From positions 2,875-66,874 of the forward strand of contig JBIOJK010000007.1 of NCBI GenBank assembly GCA_044450765.1: 64,000 bases of DNA. Direction: 5' to 3'. The translations under genes were made by a program, and so were the position numbers. The stretch comes from Myxococcota bacterium. Lineage in GTDB: Bacteria > Myxococcota_A > UBA9160 > SZUA-336. How positions within the stretch are numbered: the first letter of the stretch is position 1; the number at the start of each line of letters is the position of its first letter. The notes beneath the pieces are model-generated. The model made no database searches, was not told the origin of the DNA, and saw nothing but the letters and a program-made list of their open reading frames with translations. This document shows, in pieces, positions 50,608-60,922 of the stretch.

Positions 50608-51722
50608 GCGAAGTGACTGCCAGCCAGGACCACCGCTTCGGCTCCGGCTGGATCAGCGGCGTGCTCGCGACCGCGCTGGGAGCGATCGGCCTGGGAGCCG
50701 TCCTCTGCTTCCACTTCCCCGACCTGCTCACGATGCCGCGACTGCGCGGGCTGTATCCCGTGCCGCTGGTCCGCGCGCTGCTCCACCTGGTGCTGGTGAG
50801 CGGATTTCTGCTCGGCGTGCTGTCCGCGAGTCTGCGGCGGAGCAAGCGACTCGGCGTCTGCGCCATTGCGCTCGTGCTGGTCGCTGCGCTCCTGGGCGGC
50901 TCGCGCGTTCCGCTCGATGGCGAGCTCCACGACGGACCGTTCCTCGGGCTCGACTGGTTCCTGCTGAACCTGATCGGCTACTCGCTCGCGTTCATCCCGG
51001 TCGAGCGCGCCTTCGCGCGCTTGCCCGAGCAGGGCGTGTTCCGGCGCGGCTGGCGTACCGACCTTTCGTACTTCTTCGTGAGCACGCTGTTCGTCCAAGT
51101 CACGACTTTGCTCACCCTGCGCCCGGCGATGGTGCTGTTCTCGTGGGCGGCGAACGCAAAGCTGCAGGCCTTCGTCGGCGCGCAGCCGTTCGCGGCCCAG
51201 TGTCTCGGCATCCTGTTCGTCACCGACCTGACCCAGTACTGGGTGCACCGCGCGTTCCACCGCGTGCCCTGGCTCTGGCGCTTCCACCGCATTCACCACT
51301 CGGCGGAAGTGATGGACTGGCTCGCGGGCTCGCGGCTGCATCTCGTCGACGTGGCAGTGACTCGCGGGCTCAGCTACGTGCCGATCTACGTGCTCGGCTT
51401 CGGGGAGGCTCCGCTCTTCGCGTACGTCGCGTTCGTCTCGATCCAGGCGACGTTCATCCACGCCAACGTGCGCTTCGAGCTGGCGCTGCTGCGCGAGCTG
51501 CTCGCGACGCCGCAGTTCCACCACTGGCACCACGGCGCCGAGGCCGAAGCAGTCGACGTCAACTTCGCGGTGCATCTCCCCTTCATCGACCGACTGTTTG
51601 GCACCTTCCACCTGCCGAAGGGGCGTTGGCCGCGCGCCTACGGCCTGGCGAGCGGCGAGCACGTGCCGGGGGGCTACGTGCGCCAGCTCGTCGAGCCGCT
51701 GCGGCCCGCGAGGGAAACATGA
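50604..51722 (+). CDS. Sterol desaturase / fatty acid hydroxylase superfamily protein (AGMO-like topology)
   Basis: The GTG overlaps the carF-like stop. Multi-TM N-terminus. His boxes HRAFH, HRIHH and HHWHH. Confidence 0.7.
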   Translation: MSEVTASQDHRFGSGWISGVLATALGAIGLGAVLCFHFPDLLTMPRLRGLYPVPLVRALLHLVLVSGFLLGVLSASLRRSKRLGVCAIALVLVAALLGGSRVPLDGELHDGPFLGLDWFLLNLIGYSLAFIPVERAFARLPEQGVFRRGWRTDLSYFFVSTLFVQVTTLLTLRPAMVLFSWAANAKLQAFVGAQPFAAQCLGILFVTDLTQYWVHRAFHRVPWLWRFHRIHHSAEVMDWLAGSRLHLVDVAVTRGLSYVPIYVLGFGEAPLFAYVAFVSIQATFIHANVRFELALLRELLATPQFHHWHHGAEAEAVDVNFAVHLPFIDRLFGTFHLPKGRWPRAYGLASGEHVPGGYVRQLVEPLRPARET

Positions 51723-52288
51723 AATCCGCACTCCGCGCGCTCACTGGAATGCTCGTCGCCGTCGCGATCGCGGGCGGCGCGCTCGCCGTCCTGGTCGCGA
51801 CGAACCTGCGAACCTACGCGCGGCTCACCTACGAGCAGCCAGTCGCCGAGATCTCGTTCCACGAGCGCGGCCCCCAGCGCTATCTCGCGACCGTGACCCG
51901 CTCCGACGATCACCAGGTCCAGACCTTCGAGCTCGCCGGCGACGAGTGGCAGGTCGACGCCCGCGTGCTGAAGTGGCACGGGCTCGCGAACCTGCTCGGG
52001 CTCGACACGCGCTACCGCCTGGAGCGCGTGAGTGGCCGATACCGCGACATCGAGCAGGAGCGCAGTGCGCCGCGCAGTGTCTTCGCGCTAGGGGAGCGGC
52101 CGGCGATCGACTTGTGGTCGTTCGCGCAGACACACCCCCACTGGATTCCGTTCGTCGACGGCTTCTACGGCAGCGCCACCTATCTACCCATGGCAGAAGG
52201 CGCCCGCTACCAGGTCAGCTTGAGTCAGTCCGGCCTGCTCGCGCGGCCGATCGACGAAGCGCGCGCCCAGCCTGCCGGCTGGCAGTAG
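51719..52288 (+). CDS. Membrane-anchored hypothetical protein
   Basis: ATG overlapping the upstream stop. N-terminal TM anchor. 189 aa. Confidence 0.45.
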   Translation: MKSALRALTGMLVAVAIAGGALAVLVATNLRTYARLTYEQPVAEISFHERGPQRYLATVTRSDDHQVQTFELAGDEWQVDARVLKWHGLANLLGLDTRYRLERVSGRYRDIEQERSAPRSVFALGERPAIDLWSFAQTHPHWIPFVDGFYGSATYLPMAEGARYQVSLSQSGLLARPIDEARAQPAGWQ

Positions 52289-52368
52289 CTCACAAAACTC
52301 CGTTCCGATTCGTTGCAGCTCGACGTAGAATGAGAGTCGCGTGGAGTGAGACGGAGGGAATGCGAATG

Positions 52369-53004
52369 CGATCTCTCACCGCTTGGGTCTGCGCGGGTTT
52401 CGCCGCCGGCGCCGCGGCTGTCTCGAGCGCCGCGTCGCTCGTCGTCCTCGAAGACGCGCGCTATGTGGCCTTCAACGGCGGTTCACTCATGCAGCCGGCG
52501 CCGGGTCAGTCGCTCTTCGACGCCAGCGCCGGCGACTTCTACGGATACTCGCAGCAGACGAGCACCCTGGCCGCCGACCACTTCTCGGGAAGCGGGTCGA
52601 TCTTCAGTGAGTTCCCGCTCGCGGACGACGTCTTCAACGTGCTCTTCACGGTCGACTCGGCGACCTCCTTCGTGCTGACGGGCCAGCTCAGCTCGTATCC
52701 GACGCCCGGAACGGCGTCCTTCTCCGACTCGACGGGCGCGACTCGCGATCTCACGGGAGCGCCCGACGGCTCGTTCTCGCTCGGCGGCTCGCTGCTGCCC
52801 GCCGTTCAATACCGTCTCGTGGTCGCTGCTCAGTCCTCCATCGGCGCCCAGTACAACTTCAATCTCGCCGTGCCCGAGCCGGCGCTCGCCGCGCTCGCGC
52901 TCCTCGGAGCGACTGCCTCGCTGCTCACACGTTCTTCCAGTAGATCGAGGTCGCGCACGGCGCGCCGTTCGGGAGCAGCGCGTAGCCGGGGATCGCGCCC
53001 GTGA
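52369..53004 (+). CDS. PEP-CTERM domain protein
   Basis: GGAGGGA RBS. Signal peptide. C-terminal VPEPALAALALLGATASLL followed by an unusually long basic tail that overlaps the convergent GNAT gene by 80 bp. A frameshift or alternative stop is possible. Confidence 0.5.
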   Translation, partial: RSLTAWVCAGFAAGAAAVSSAASLVVLEDARYVAFNGGSLMQPAPGQSLFDASAGDFYGYSQQTSTLAADHFSGSGSIFSEFPLADDVFNVLFTVDSATSFVLTGQLSSYPTPGTASFSDSTGATRDLTGAPDGSFSLGGSLLPAVQYRLVVAAQSSIGAQYNFNLAVPEPALAALALLGATASLLTRSSSRSRSRTARRSGAARSRGSRP

Positions 53005-53425
53005 GGTTCCAGCCCGTCCGCTCGTAGAGCCGAGCGGCGGCGTCGGTCGCGGTGTCGAGCACGAGCAGCGACCTTCCGGCGCGTGCGGCGCGGGCCTCGG
53101 CTTCGGCCATGAGTCGTCGGCCGATTCCGCGCCGCCGGTGAGAGACGGCGACCAGCAGCTTCTGCACGTCGGCGCGGTGCCGCTGGTTCTCGGGCGCGGC
53201 GAGGACGACGGTGACGGTGCCGACGAGTACAGCGCCATCGCGCGCGCCCAGGACGATCCGGCGGCCGGCCGCGCCCTCGGCGAGTGAGTGGCGCCAAAAT
53301 ACGGCGGCCTTCGCCGGGTCGAGCGGATGCAAGAAGCCGACGGACGCGCCGTGGGCGGTCGCCTCGACCAGCAGGCCGGCGAGCGCGACGACGTTCGCCG
53401 GCGAGTCCGCGAGTGACTCGCTCAT
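52925..53425 (-). CDS. GNAT family N-acetyltransferase
   Basis: Acetyl-CoA binding motif VSHRRRGIGRRLM. The ATG overlaps the upstream TGA. Confidence 0.7.
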   Translation of the reverse strand: MSESLADSPANVVALAGLLVEATAHGASVGFLHPLDPAKAAVFWRHSLAEGAAGRRIVLGARDGAVLVGTVTVVLAAPENQRHRADVQKLLVAVSHRRRGIGRRLMAEAEARAARAGRSLLVLDTATDAAARLYERTGWNLTGAIPGYALLPNGAPCATSIYWKNV

Positions 53426-54000
53426 TGCCGCACCAGCGCGACGAGGTACCGGCACGGCGACTTCGACTCGTTCGCGAAGCTCGAGTCCGCCGGCGCGCCG
53501 AACTCGAGGCAGTCGCCGGTGCGCAGCTCGTGGCGCTCGCCGCCTTCGCGAATCACCAGCCGCCCGCGAGTCACAAAGACGAGCTGCCGGATGAACGCGT
53601 ACGACGCGGCAGGCATGGACACCGTCCGGCCCGCGGGCATCTCGACCTCGACGAGCTCGAGCGGGCTGCGCGGGCGCGCGAAGATCTGGCGCCGCAGGTA
53701 GTGGGTCTCGGGATCGCGCCAGCGGGGCTGATCGGCGGCGCGCACGAGCCGGCCGTCGTCGCTCTCCGCGCGCGCGAGCAGGGTCGCCAGAGTGAGTTGG
53801 AACGCGCCGGAGAGCCGGCCGAGGATCGCGGCGGTCGGGCTCGCCTCCTCGCGCTCGATCTTGCTGATCATCGCCTTCGACACGCCCGAGCGCGCCGCCA
53901 GGTCGGCGAGTGACCAGCCGCGCGCCCCGCGCTCGCCGCGCAGGCGCCGCGCGATCAGCGGGGTGGGGTCCTCGACTCCGCCGTCCATCATAGTTGACAT
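53422..54000 (-). CDS. XRE-family transcriptional regulator with C-terminal cupin domain
   Basis: HTH (WSLADLAARSGVSKAMISKIER) and cupin_2. Confidence 0.75.
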   Translation of the reverse strand: MSTMMDGGVEDPTPLIARRLRGERGARGWSLADLAARSGVSKAMISKIEREEASPTAAILGRLSGAFQLTLATLLARAESDDGRLVRAADQPRWRDPETHYLRRQIFARPRSPLELVEVEMPAGRTVSMPAASYAFIRQLVFVTRGRLVIREGGERHELRTGDCLEFGAPADSSFANESKSPCRYLVALVRQ

Positions 54001-54039
54001 TCGTCGCTTATATAGGACAAGCTCCGGACTGGAGTCAAG

Positions 54040-55488
54040 TCACTCGGCAGCGTGCGCGGACGGCTCGCTCGTGACGGCCTCCGCCGGTTCCTCGCGTCGC
54101 CCGCTGATCTCGGCGCCGGCGTCGCGCGGCATGCGCGCGAAGAAGAACAGCGAGGCGAGGCTGATCGCGGCGATCGCGAAGTACGCCGGCGCGAAGTCGT
54201 TCGCGGCGAGCTCGGCGCGGCCGCGGAACACGAGCGTAGTGTGCAGCAGCAGCGCGCCCAGGCCGACGCCGAAGCTGAGCGAGAGCTGCTGGCCGACACT
54301 CGAAAGTGTCGTCGCGCGGCTCATTCGGCGCGGCTCGATCTCGGCGTAGGCCAGCGTGTTCAAGCTCGTGAACTGCAGCGAGCGGAAGAAGCCGCCGACG
54401 AGGAGGATGCCGATGATCAGCGCGTGCGGCGTCGACGGGCGGAAGAAGCCGTAGGCCGAGATCGATGCGGCGCACACTCCGGTGTTGAGCAGCAACACGC
54501 GCCGGAAGCCAAGCGCTCGCAAGATCGCCGGCGCGGTGACCTTCATCGCCATCGCGCCGGCCGCGCCCGAGCAGGTGATCATTCCCGATGCGAACGGCGA
54601 GAGACCGAAGCCGAGCTGCAGCATCAGCGGGGTCAGAAACGGCAGCGCGCCGATGCCGATGCGGAACACGAAGCCGCCGATCACCGAGGCGCGAAAGGTG
54701 CGCACGCGCAGCAGAGTCACATCGAGGATCGGCGCGCCGAGGCGCCGCGAGTGCCAGCCGTAGAGCCCGAGAAACACGAGCCCGCCCCCGATCAGCCACG
54801 AGATCAGCTCGGTCGGCAGAATCCCGCGCCCCACGTTCTCGAAGCCGAACATCGTCCCCGCGAGGCCGAGACTCACGAGTCCGAACCCGAGGCCATCGAG
54901 CGGCTCCTCGCGCGGCTCGCCCACGTTCGGCACGAAGCGCAGCGCGAGCGCGAGGCCGAGCGCGCCGATCGGAATGTTGATCAGGAAGATCCAGCGCCAC
55001 GTGAAGTAAGTGACGAGGAAGCCGCCGAGCGGCGGGCCGATCACGGGCCCGATCAGCGCCGGCACCGTGAGGTACGCCATGGCCGCGACGAGCTCCGACT
55101 TCGGAATCGTGCGCAGCACGACGAGCCGCCCGACCGGCACCATCATCGCGCCGCCCATGCCCTGCACGATGCGGGCGAGCACGAGCTGGGGAAGTGACTC
55201 GACCGTCGAGCAGCCGATCGACCCGAGCGTGAAAATCACGATCGCCGACGAGAAGATCGTGCGCGCGCCGAAGCGATCGGCAAGCCAGCCCGAGAGCGGC
55301 AGGAAGATGCCGAGCGAGAGCAGGTAACAGGTGATCGCGATGTTCAGCTTCAGCGGGCTCTCGCCGAAGTCGCGCGCGATCGTCGGCAGCGCGGTCGCGA
55401 TCACGGTCGCGTCCATGTTCTCCATGAACAGCGCGCACGCGACGATCATCGGGACCAAGTACCGCGGTCGGGGCAGCCTGAACGCCAT
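54040..55488 (-). CDS. MFS transporter, DHA2 (EmrB/QacA, 14-TM) family
   Basis: 14 TM, 483 aa from ATG 55488. The GWLADRFGART motif is MFS motif A. Confidence 0.8.
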   Translation of the reverse strand: MAFRLPRPRYLVPMIVACALFMENMDATVIATALPTIARDFGESPLKLNIAITCYLLSLGIFLPLSGWLADRFGARTIFSSAIVIFTLGSIGCSTVESLPQLVLARIVQGMGGAMMVPVGRLVVLRTIPKSELVAAMAYLTVPALIGPVIGPPLGGFLVTYFTWRWIFLINIPIGALGLALALRFVPNVGEPREEPLDGLGFGLVSLGLAGTMFGFENVGRGILPTELISWLIGGGLVFLGLYGWHSRRLGAPILDVTLLRVRTFRASVIGGFVFRIGIGALPFLTPLMLQLGFGLSPFASGMITCSGAAGAMAMKVTAPAILRALGFRRVLLLNTGVCAASISAYGFFRPSTPHALIIGILLVGGFFRSLQFTSLNTLAYAEIEPRRMSRATTLSSVGQQLSLSFGVGLGALLLHTTLVFRGRAELAANDFAPAYFAIAAISLASLFFFARMPRDAGAEISGRREEPAEAVTSEPSAHAAE

Positions 55489-55590
55489 GGCGGGCCGACG
55501 GAGTAGACGCCACGAGGAAAAAACGGTCAAGCGCGAGTCAATTCGCGCGCGCTCCTGGCCGAAGCATTCAAGAGAGGGAGGCGCGCTCGC

Positions 55591-56175
55591 ATGTCGGTCC
55601 CGTCCATCAAAGGCACCGCGTACAACTCGGTCCACGACGATCTGCACCGCATGATCGACGACGGGCGCGTCAGCGAGGACGAGCTCGAGGCGCGCCTGTC
55701 TCGCGAAGAGCTCGAGCTGATCGAGTCCAAGGTTCTCGCCACCAAGTGGTATCCGGTCGACACCTACCGCAAGTTGCTCGCGCTGGTCGCGGAGAAGGAA
55801 GGAAAGGGTCGGGTCGAGGAGTATCTCATCGAGCGCGGCTGGCGCGCAGCGGATCGGCTGAAGCAGGCGGGCATCTACCGACAGCTCGGCGCGGACGACG
55901 GCGCGGGCAGGAGCTGGGGCGCGCGCGTGGCGAACATGGTCTCGAAGGTCTCGGGCCTCCTCTACAACTTCACGCGCTGGGGCGTCGACGACCCCGAGAA
56001 CCCGAACGTGCTCCACGTGACGATCGACGAGGCGAAGGACTTCGCCGACGAGTGCCGCTACACCGCGCAGGGTTTCGTCGCGTACGCGGCGACCCTGATG
56101 GCGGGCGCGCCCGTCAAAGTCACGAGCGCGCGACCGACGCCGGACCGGATCGTCTTCACCGTCAAGAGGGCCTGA
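55591..56175 (+). CDS. Hypothetical protein (possibly Myxococcus-type TIGR02265/DUF2378-like; unverified)
   Basis: 194 aa, soluble, coding-like. Confidence 0.4.
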   Translation: MSVPSIKGTAYNSVHDDLHRMIDDGRVSEDELEARLSREELELIESKVLATKWYPVDTYRKLLALVAEKEGKGRVEEYLIERGWRAADRLKQAGIYRQLGADDGAGRSWGARVANMVSKVSGLLYNFTRWGVDDPENPNVLHVTIDEAKDFADECRYTAQGFVAYAATLMAGAPVKVTSARPTPDRIVFTVKRA

Positions 56176-56344
56176 GCGGGATACGCGCCCCGCGGGACAT
56201 CGGCCAGCGGGGCGACGTCGGGCCTCGCGCTCCCGCCTGCTGGCTGGGCTGCGCTTTGCCGCGCGCCGCGGCTGCGTGACTCCGCGCTCGAGGCTCGCCG
56301 ACGCCGCCGCGCCGCGGAACCACTCAATCGGGTAAGATCGAGCG

Positions 56345-57313
56345 ATGAAAGCAGCGGTCTACTACGAGAACGGCGGCCCCGAGGTGCTTCGCTACGAGGA
56401 CGTGCCCGATCCGGTCTGCGCGCCCAACGGGATCGTGATCGACGTCAAGGCGGTCGGCATCGAGGGCGGCGACGTCGGCAACCGCGCGCGCGGGATGCTC
56501 GCTTCGCGGCCGCACATCGTAGGCTACAACTGCGCCGGGATCGTGCGCGAGGTGGGCGCGCAGGTGAAGGACCGCAAGGTCGGAGAGCGAGTCACCGCGC
56601 TGATGTTCTCGGGCTCGCACGCCGAACGAGCGGCGGTCGCCGCGGCGCAGACCTGGCTGGTGCCCGAAGGGCTGTCACTCGAGCACGCCGCCTGCGTGCC
56701 CGTGGCCTGGGGCACGGCGCACGACTGTCTCTTCGAGTTCGGGCGACTCAAGGCGGGCGAGACTGTGCTGATCCAGGCGGGCGGCAGCGGCGTCGGGCTC
56801 GCCTGCGTGCAGCTCGCGAAGCGCGCGGGCGCGACCGTGTTCGCGACCGCAGGATCGAAGGACAAGATCGAGAGGTTGCTCGCGCTCGGCGTCGACCACG
56901 GCATCGCCTACCGCGACGTCGACTTCGTCGAGGCGCTGCAGAAGCTCACCGGCAACAAGGGTGTGAATCTCGTCGTCGACGCGGTCGGCGGCGACACACT
57001 CCAGCGCAGCCTGCTGTGCCTGGGCTACCGCGGCCGCGCGATCACGGTGGGGAACTCGAGCCGCGGCGACTTGAAGCTCGATCCGTCGCCGCTGGCGCCG
57101 GGCAACCGCTCGCTCACGGGCGTGTTCTTCGGCGCCGAGGTCGCGCTCGCCGCCGCGCGCGTGCGCGCGATGCTCGACGGCATCCTCGCCGACCTCGCGA
57201 AGGGCGAGCTCGAGGTGATCGTCGACAGGCGCTTCCCGCTCGCGGAAGCCGCGGCTGCGCACGCGCACATCGAGAGCCGCGCGGCGTTCGGGCGGGTCGT
57301 CCTGATTCCGTGA
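56345..57313 (+). CDS. Zinc-binding alcohol dehydrogenase / NADPH:quinone oxidoreductase (MDR family)
   Basis: GroES-like N-domain and Rossmann GxGxxG. Confidence 0.85.
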   Translation: MKAAVYYENGGPEVLRYEDVPDPVCAPNGIVIDVKAVGIEGGDVGNRARGMLASRPHIVGYNCAGIVREVGAQVKDRKVGERVTALMFSGSHAERAAVAAAQTWLVPEGLSLEHAACVPVAWGTAHDCLFEFGRLKAGETVLIQAGGSGVGLACVQLAKRAGATVFATAGSKDKIERLLALGVDHGIAYRDVDFVEALQKLTGNKGVNLVVDAVGGDTLQRSLLCLGYRGRAITVGNSSRGDLKLDPSPLAPGNRSLTGVFFGAEVALAAARVRAMLDGILADLAKGELEVIVDRRFPLAEAAAAHAHIESRAAFGRVVLIP

Positions 57314-57831
57314 GCGCAAACGCTCTGGCAGCCATCCTGCTCGCTGCGCGGCTCGCCGACGTCGTCTCGACGCGGATCGCCACCCCGCGCTTGCAGCTCG
57401 AAGCGAACCCGGTCGTCCGGCTGCTCGGCTGGCGCTTCGCGTGGGCGACGCTTCTCGTCTGCTTCGTCGCCTACATTCCCGACTACGGGCCGTCGCTGGC
57501 GGTGCCTCTGATCGTCATCTCGTTCCTCGTCGCCTCGAGCAACCTCTCGCGCGGCTGGGCGATGCGCGCGCTCGGCGAGGACGCCTATCAGGAGCACTCA
57601 CTCCGCGTCGCGTCGCTGGCGGTGCCGCTGCACGTGTATCTCATGATCGCGGCCAGCGGCGCGCTCACCGCCGGCGTCGGCGCGCTGCTGCTCGTGTTCT
57701 ATCCGGAGCCGACCGAGTGGGCCTACCAGTTCGGCGTGGGAATCATCGGCTACGCGCTGGCGGTCTGGTTCTACTCGACGCTCGGCGTCCGGCGCCTGTT
57801 CCGCGCGGTGGCGAACGCTTCACGGACCTGA
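57310..57831 (+). CDS. Hypothetical 4-TM membrane protein
   Basis: The GTG overlaps the upstream stop. Four hydrophobic helices. Confidence 0.45.
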   Translation: MSANALAAILLAARLADVVSTRIATPRLQLEANPVVRLLGWRFAWATLLVCFVAYIPDYGPSLAVPLIVISFLVASSNLSRGWAMRALGEDAYQEHSLRVASLAVPLHVYLMIAASGALTAGVGALLLVFYPEPTEWAYQFGVGIIGYALAVWFYSTLGVRRLFRAVANASRT

Positions 57832-57839
57832 GCTCGCGG

Positions 57840-58583
57840 TCAGCGCACTGCCTTGTACTCGCAGAACGCTCCAGGCACGACGACGCTGAAGGTCGGATTC
57901 GCGAAGCCGGCCTCGCGCAGCGCGGCGAGAATGGTTTCGGGCGGGACGCACTTCTCGACGGTGTCCCAGTAGTAGTCCATCAGGAGCTTCGCGTCGCGGC
58001 TTCCGGTCGAGACCAGGGTCATGCCCGGAATCACGCGCTTCCAGACGAAGCGAGTCAGCGAATGACCGAGCCGCGACTTCGGCACGTGGCCCTCGAGCAG
58101 CCACAGCTTCCCGCCGGGCTTCAGCATGCGCCTGTACTCGCGGAAAGCGCCGACCAGGTCGGCGACGTGGCGCAGCGCGATGCCCATGGTCACGAAGTCG
58201 AAGAGCTCGCTGCGGAAGGGTAGCTGCTCCGCGATTCCGCGAGTGAGTGGCCCTTGGAACACCTTGCGCGCCTCGCGCAGCATGCCGCGGCTCGGGTCGC
58301 AGCCGAAGACGCGGCCCGTCGGCCCGACGATCTTCGCGGCGCCGCGCGCCACCGCGCCGGTGCCCGTCGCCATGTCGAGCACCTTCATGCCCGGCGCGAG
58401 ACCCGCGCGCGCGAGTGAGAAGCGTCGATACCAGAGGCCGCCGTTCAAGAACAGCGCCTCGACCGTGTTGTAGTGCTGCGCGGTCTTGTCGAAGAGCTCG
58501 CGCACGAACTTCACGCGCACGGGGTCCTTCGCCTCGTCGTAGTACTCGAGCAGCGGGCTGTGCGGTGCGACGGGTTCGTTCAT
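57840..58583 (-). CDS. Class I SAM-dependent methyltransferase (UbiE/COQ5-like)
   Basis: Motif [10 protein letters not shown]. Motif post-I and II. Confidence 0.8.
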   Translation of the reverse strand: MNEPVAPHSPLLEYYDEAKDPVRVKFVRELFDKTAQHYNTVEALFLNGGLWYRRFSLARAGLAPGMKVLDMATGTGAVARGAAKIVGPTGRVFGCDPSRGMLREARKVFQGPLTRGIAEQLPFRSELFDFVTMGIALRHVADLVGAFREYRRMLKPGGKLWLLEGHVPKSRLGHSLTRFVWKRVIPGMTLVSTGSRDAKLLMDYYWDTVEKCVPPETILAALREAGFANPTFSVVVPGAFCEYKAVR

Positions 58584-58740
58584 GGCAGCTCCCTCTCCTG
58601 CGGCCGAGCGCCAGATCCTAGCCTACGCGCCGCGCCGGTGGTCCGCCCCCGTCCAGCAGTGGAGCGGCGCGGCGCGAGCCGGTACGATCCGGGTTCTCGT
58701 CGGCGGCGCGGCGCGTCCCGACGCTGGAGGAGATCGCCCC

Positions 58741-59703
58741 ATGGACTACAAGAAGCCGTCCGACAAAGAGCTCGCCGCGCGGCTCACGCCTACACAGTAC
58801 GAGGTCACGCAGCGCGAGGGCACCGAGCGCCCGTTCCAGAACGAGTACTGGAACAACAAGCAGCCCGGCATCTACGTCGACGTCGTCTCGGGCGAGCCGC
58901 TGTTCTCGTCGCTCGACAAGTACGACTCCGGCACCGGCTGGCCGAGCTTCACGCGCCCCCTCGAACCGGCGAGCGTGACGACGCACGACGATCGCAGGCT
59001 GTTCTCCGTGCGGACCGAAGTTCGCTCGGCGAACGCGGACTCACACCTGGGCCACGTCTTCGACGACGGGCCCGCGCCGACCGGCAAGCGCTTCTGCATG
59101 AACTCGGCGTCGCTGCGCTTCATTCCCGTCGAGAAGCTCGCCGACGAGGGTTACGCCCAATATCTGGCGGCGTTCGAGAAGGCGGGCGTCAAGGTGACTC
59201 CCGGATCCGACCAGCGCGAGACTGCCCTGCTCGCGGGCGGCTGCTTCTGGGGGATGGAGGACTTGATCCGCGCGCTGCCGGGCGTGATCGAGACCGAAGT
59301 CGGCTACACCGGCGGCAGCGTTCCCAACGCGACTTACGAGCACCACGAAGGTCACGCCGAGGCGATCAAGGTGGTCTTCGATCCCGCGCGCCTCTCCTAC
59401 GACGAGCTGCTGCGCTTCTTCTTCCGCCTGCACGACCCGACGACGAAGAATCGCCAGGGGAACGACGTCGGCAGCTCGTACCGCTCCGCGATCTTCTGCG
59501 CGAACGACGCGCAGAGGAAGACGGCCGAAGAGGTGAAGGCCGCAGTGGAAGCGTCGGGCAAGTGGCACAAGCCGGTGGTGACCGAGATCGTGGCCGCCGG
59601 GCCGTGGTGGAGCGCCGAGGAGTATCACCAGGACTATCTCGAGAAGCACCCCGGCGGATACACCTGTCACTACGTGCGGGACTTCGACTTCGAGAAGAAA
59701 TGA
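58741..59703 (+). CDS. msrBA: Bifunctional methionine sulfoxide reductase B/A (MsrB-MsrA fusion)
   Basis: MsrB zinc motif and RFCxNSASL. MsrA GCFWG. Confidence 0.85.
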   Translation: MDYKKPSDKELAARLTPTQYEVTQREGTERPFQNEYWNNKQPGIYVDVVSGEPLFSSLDKYDSGTGWPSFTRPLEPASVTTHDDRRLFSVRTEVRSANADSHLGHVFDDGPAPTGKRFCMNSASLRFIPVEKLADEGYAQYLAAFEKAGVKVTPGSDQRETALLAGGCFWGMEDLIRALPGVIETEVGYTGGSVPNATYEHHEGHAEAIKVVFDPARLSYDELLRFFFRLHDPTTKNRQGNDVGSSYRSAIFCANDAQRKTAEEVKAAVEASGKWHKPVVTEIVAAGPWWSAEEYHQDYLEKHPGGYTCHYVRDFDFEKK

Positions 59704-60356
59704 TCGAGTCCAAGCGCGAGGGTTCGGTCGCCGTGGTGCAGATGCGCTCCGGCGAGAACCGCTTCAATCCGCCCTTCATCCGCGAGCTCTCGCGCGCGCT
59801 CGACGAGGCGGAGCACGCCGAGGAGCCGACCGCGCTCGTGCTCACCGGTGATGGCAAGTTCTTCTCGAACGGCCTCGACTTGGCGTGGATGTCCGGCGAA
59901 GGCCGCGAGCAGGCGGGCGAGGTGCTCTCCGGCATGCTCGGCATCTTCGCGCGGCTGCTCGCGTCGCCGATTCCGTCGGTCGCCGCGCTGAACGGCCACG
60001 CGTTCGCGGGCGGCGCGATGCTCGCGCTGGCGTGTGACTTCCGCGTGATGCGCACGGACCGCGGCTACTTCTGCATTCCCGAGGTCGACCTCGGGCTGCC
60101 GCTGCACCCCGGCATGGCCGCGCTGATTCAGGCGCGCCTGCCGAAGCTCGCAGCGCACGAGGCGATCATGACCGGCCGGCGCTACGGCGCCGTCGAGGCG
60201 CTCGAGCGCGGCATCATCGACTACGCGACCCCGGTCGTGGATCTCTTGCCGAAGGCGCTCTCGATCGCCGGCCCGCTGGCCGGAAAGAACCGCACGGTGT
60301 TGCAGACGCACCGGCGCCTGCTCTATGGCGACGTGCTGAAGCTGCTCGTCGGCTGA
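59700..60356 (+). CDS. Enoyl-CoA hydratase/isomerase family protein
   Basis: ATGA overlap with the upstream gene. Crotonase fold ([18 protein letters not shown]). Confidence 0.8.
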   Translation: MIESKREGSVAVVQMRSGENRFNPPFIRELSRALDEAEHAEEPTALVLTGDGKFFSNGLDLAWMSGEGREQAGEVLSGMLGIFARLLASPIPSVAALNGHAFAGGAMLALACDFRVMRTDRGYFCIPEVDLGLPLHPGMAALIQARLPKLAAHEAIMTGRRYGAVEALERGIIDYATPVVDLLPKALSIAGPLAGKNRTVLQTHRRLLYGDVLKLLVG

Positions 60357-60418
60357 CTGACTGGCGGCCGCGATTCCCAAGAAGCGCCCAAGTTGGCACT
60401 CTCTCGCGCGCTAGACTC

Positions 60419-60910
60419 GTGTCTCACACCCTCCCCGAACTCGAGCGCCTCGTGATCACCGTTGACGAATTCGTCGAGCGCCTGTGCAAGATCTGCGGGG
60501 ACCCCGGCGCGCGGCCGCTCCCGCGCGCGCGCCGCGACCGCGAGATCCTGATGCAGAGCATCCTCATGTCACTCGACAGCGCGCGCAGCTACGACGAGGC
60601 TGAACTCAACGAGCTCCTGCGGACCTGGCTGCGCGAGATCGCGCCCGCAATCGAAAGCGACCACGTGACTCTCCGCCGGATGCTGGTCGACTACGGCCGC
60701 CTCGAGCGCACCGCGAGCGGCAGCGCCTACCGCGTCGGGTTCCCGCCGAGAGCGACCGCGTTCGAGCTGGCCATCTACGACCTCGACTTGCGCGGCACGA
60801 TCACGGCCTACCGCGAGCGGAGCGCCGCGCGGCGCCGGACGAGGGGCGCCGCGGCCGGAACGAGTCACTCTGCAAAGCCGAAGGGCGCGGAACCCGAAGC
60901 GGAGTCCTGA
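60419..60910 (+). CDS. DUF2087-like protein
   Basis: 163 aa. The central region resembles DUF2087. Tentative. Confidence 0.4.
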   Translation: MSHTLPELERLVITVDEFVERLCKICGDPGARPLPRARRDREILMQSILMSLDSARSYDEAELNELLRTWLREIAPAIESDHVTLRRMLVDYGRLERTASGSAYRVGFPPRATAFELAIYDLDLRGTITAYRERSAARRRTRGAAAGTSHSAKPKGAEPEAES

Positions 60911-60922
60911 TACCCTCGCCCC

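Noticed and set aside
50303-51718. 5' portion of the 661-aa ORF leading into the 51719 gene
   Set aside because: Arg/Ala-rich and out of frame with the FA-hydroxylase. The real product starts at ATG 51719.
55591-56175. Regulator role for the 194-aa protein divergent from the DHA2 efflux pump
   Set aside because: No HTH or other DNA-binding motif is recognisable. It is left as hypothetical.
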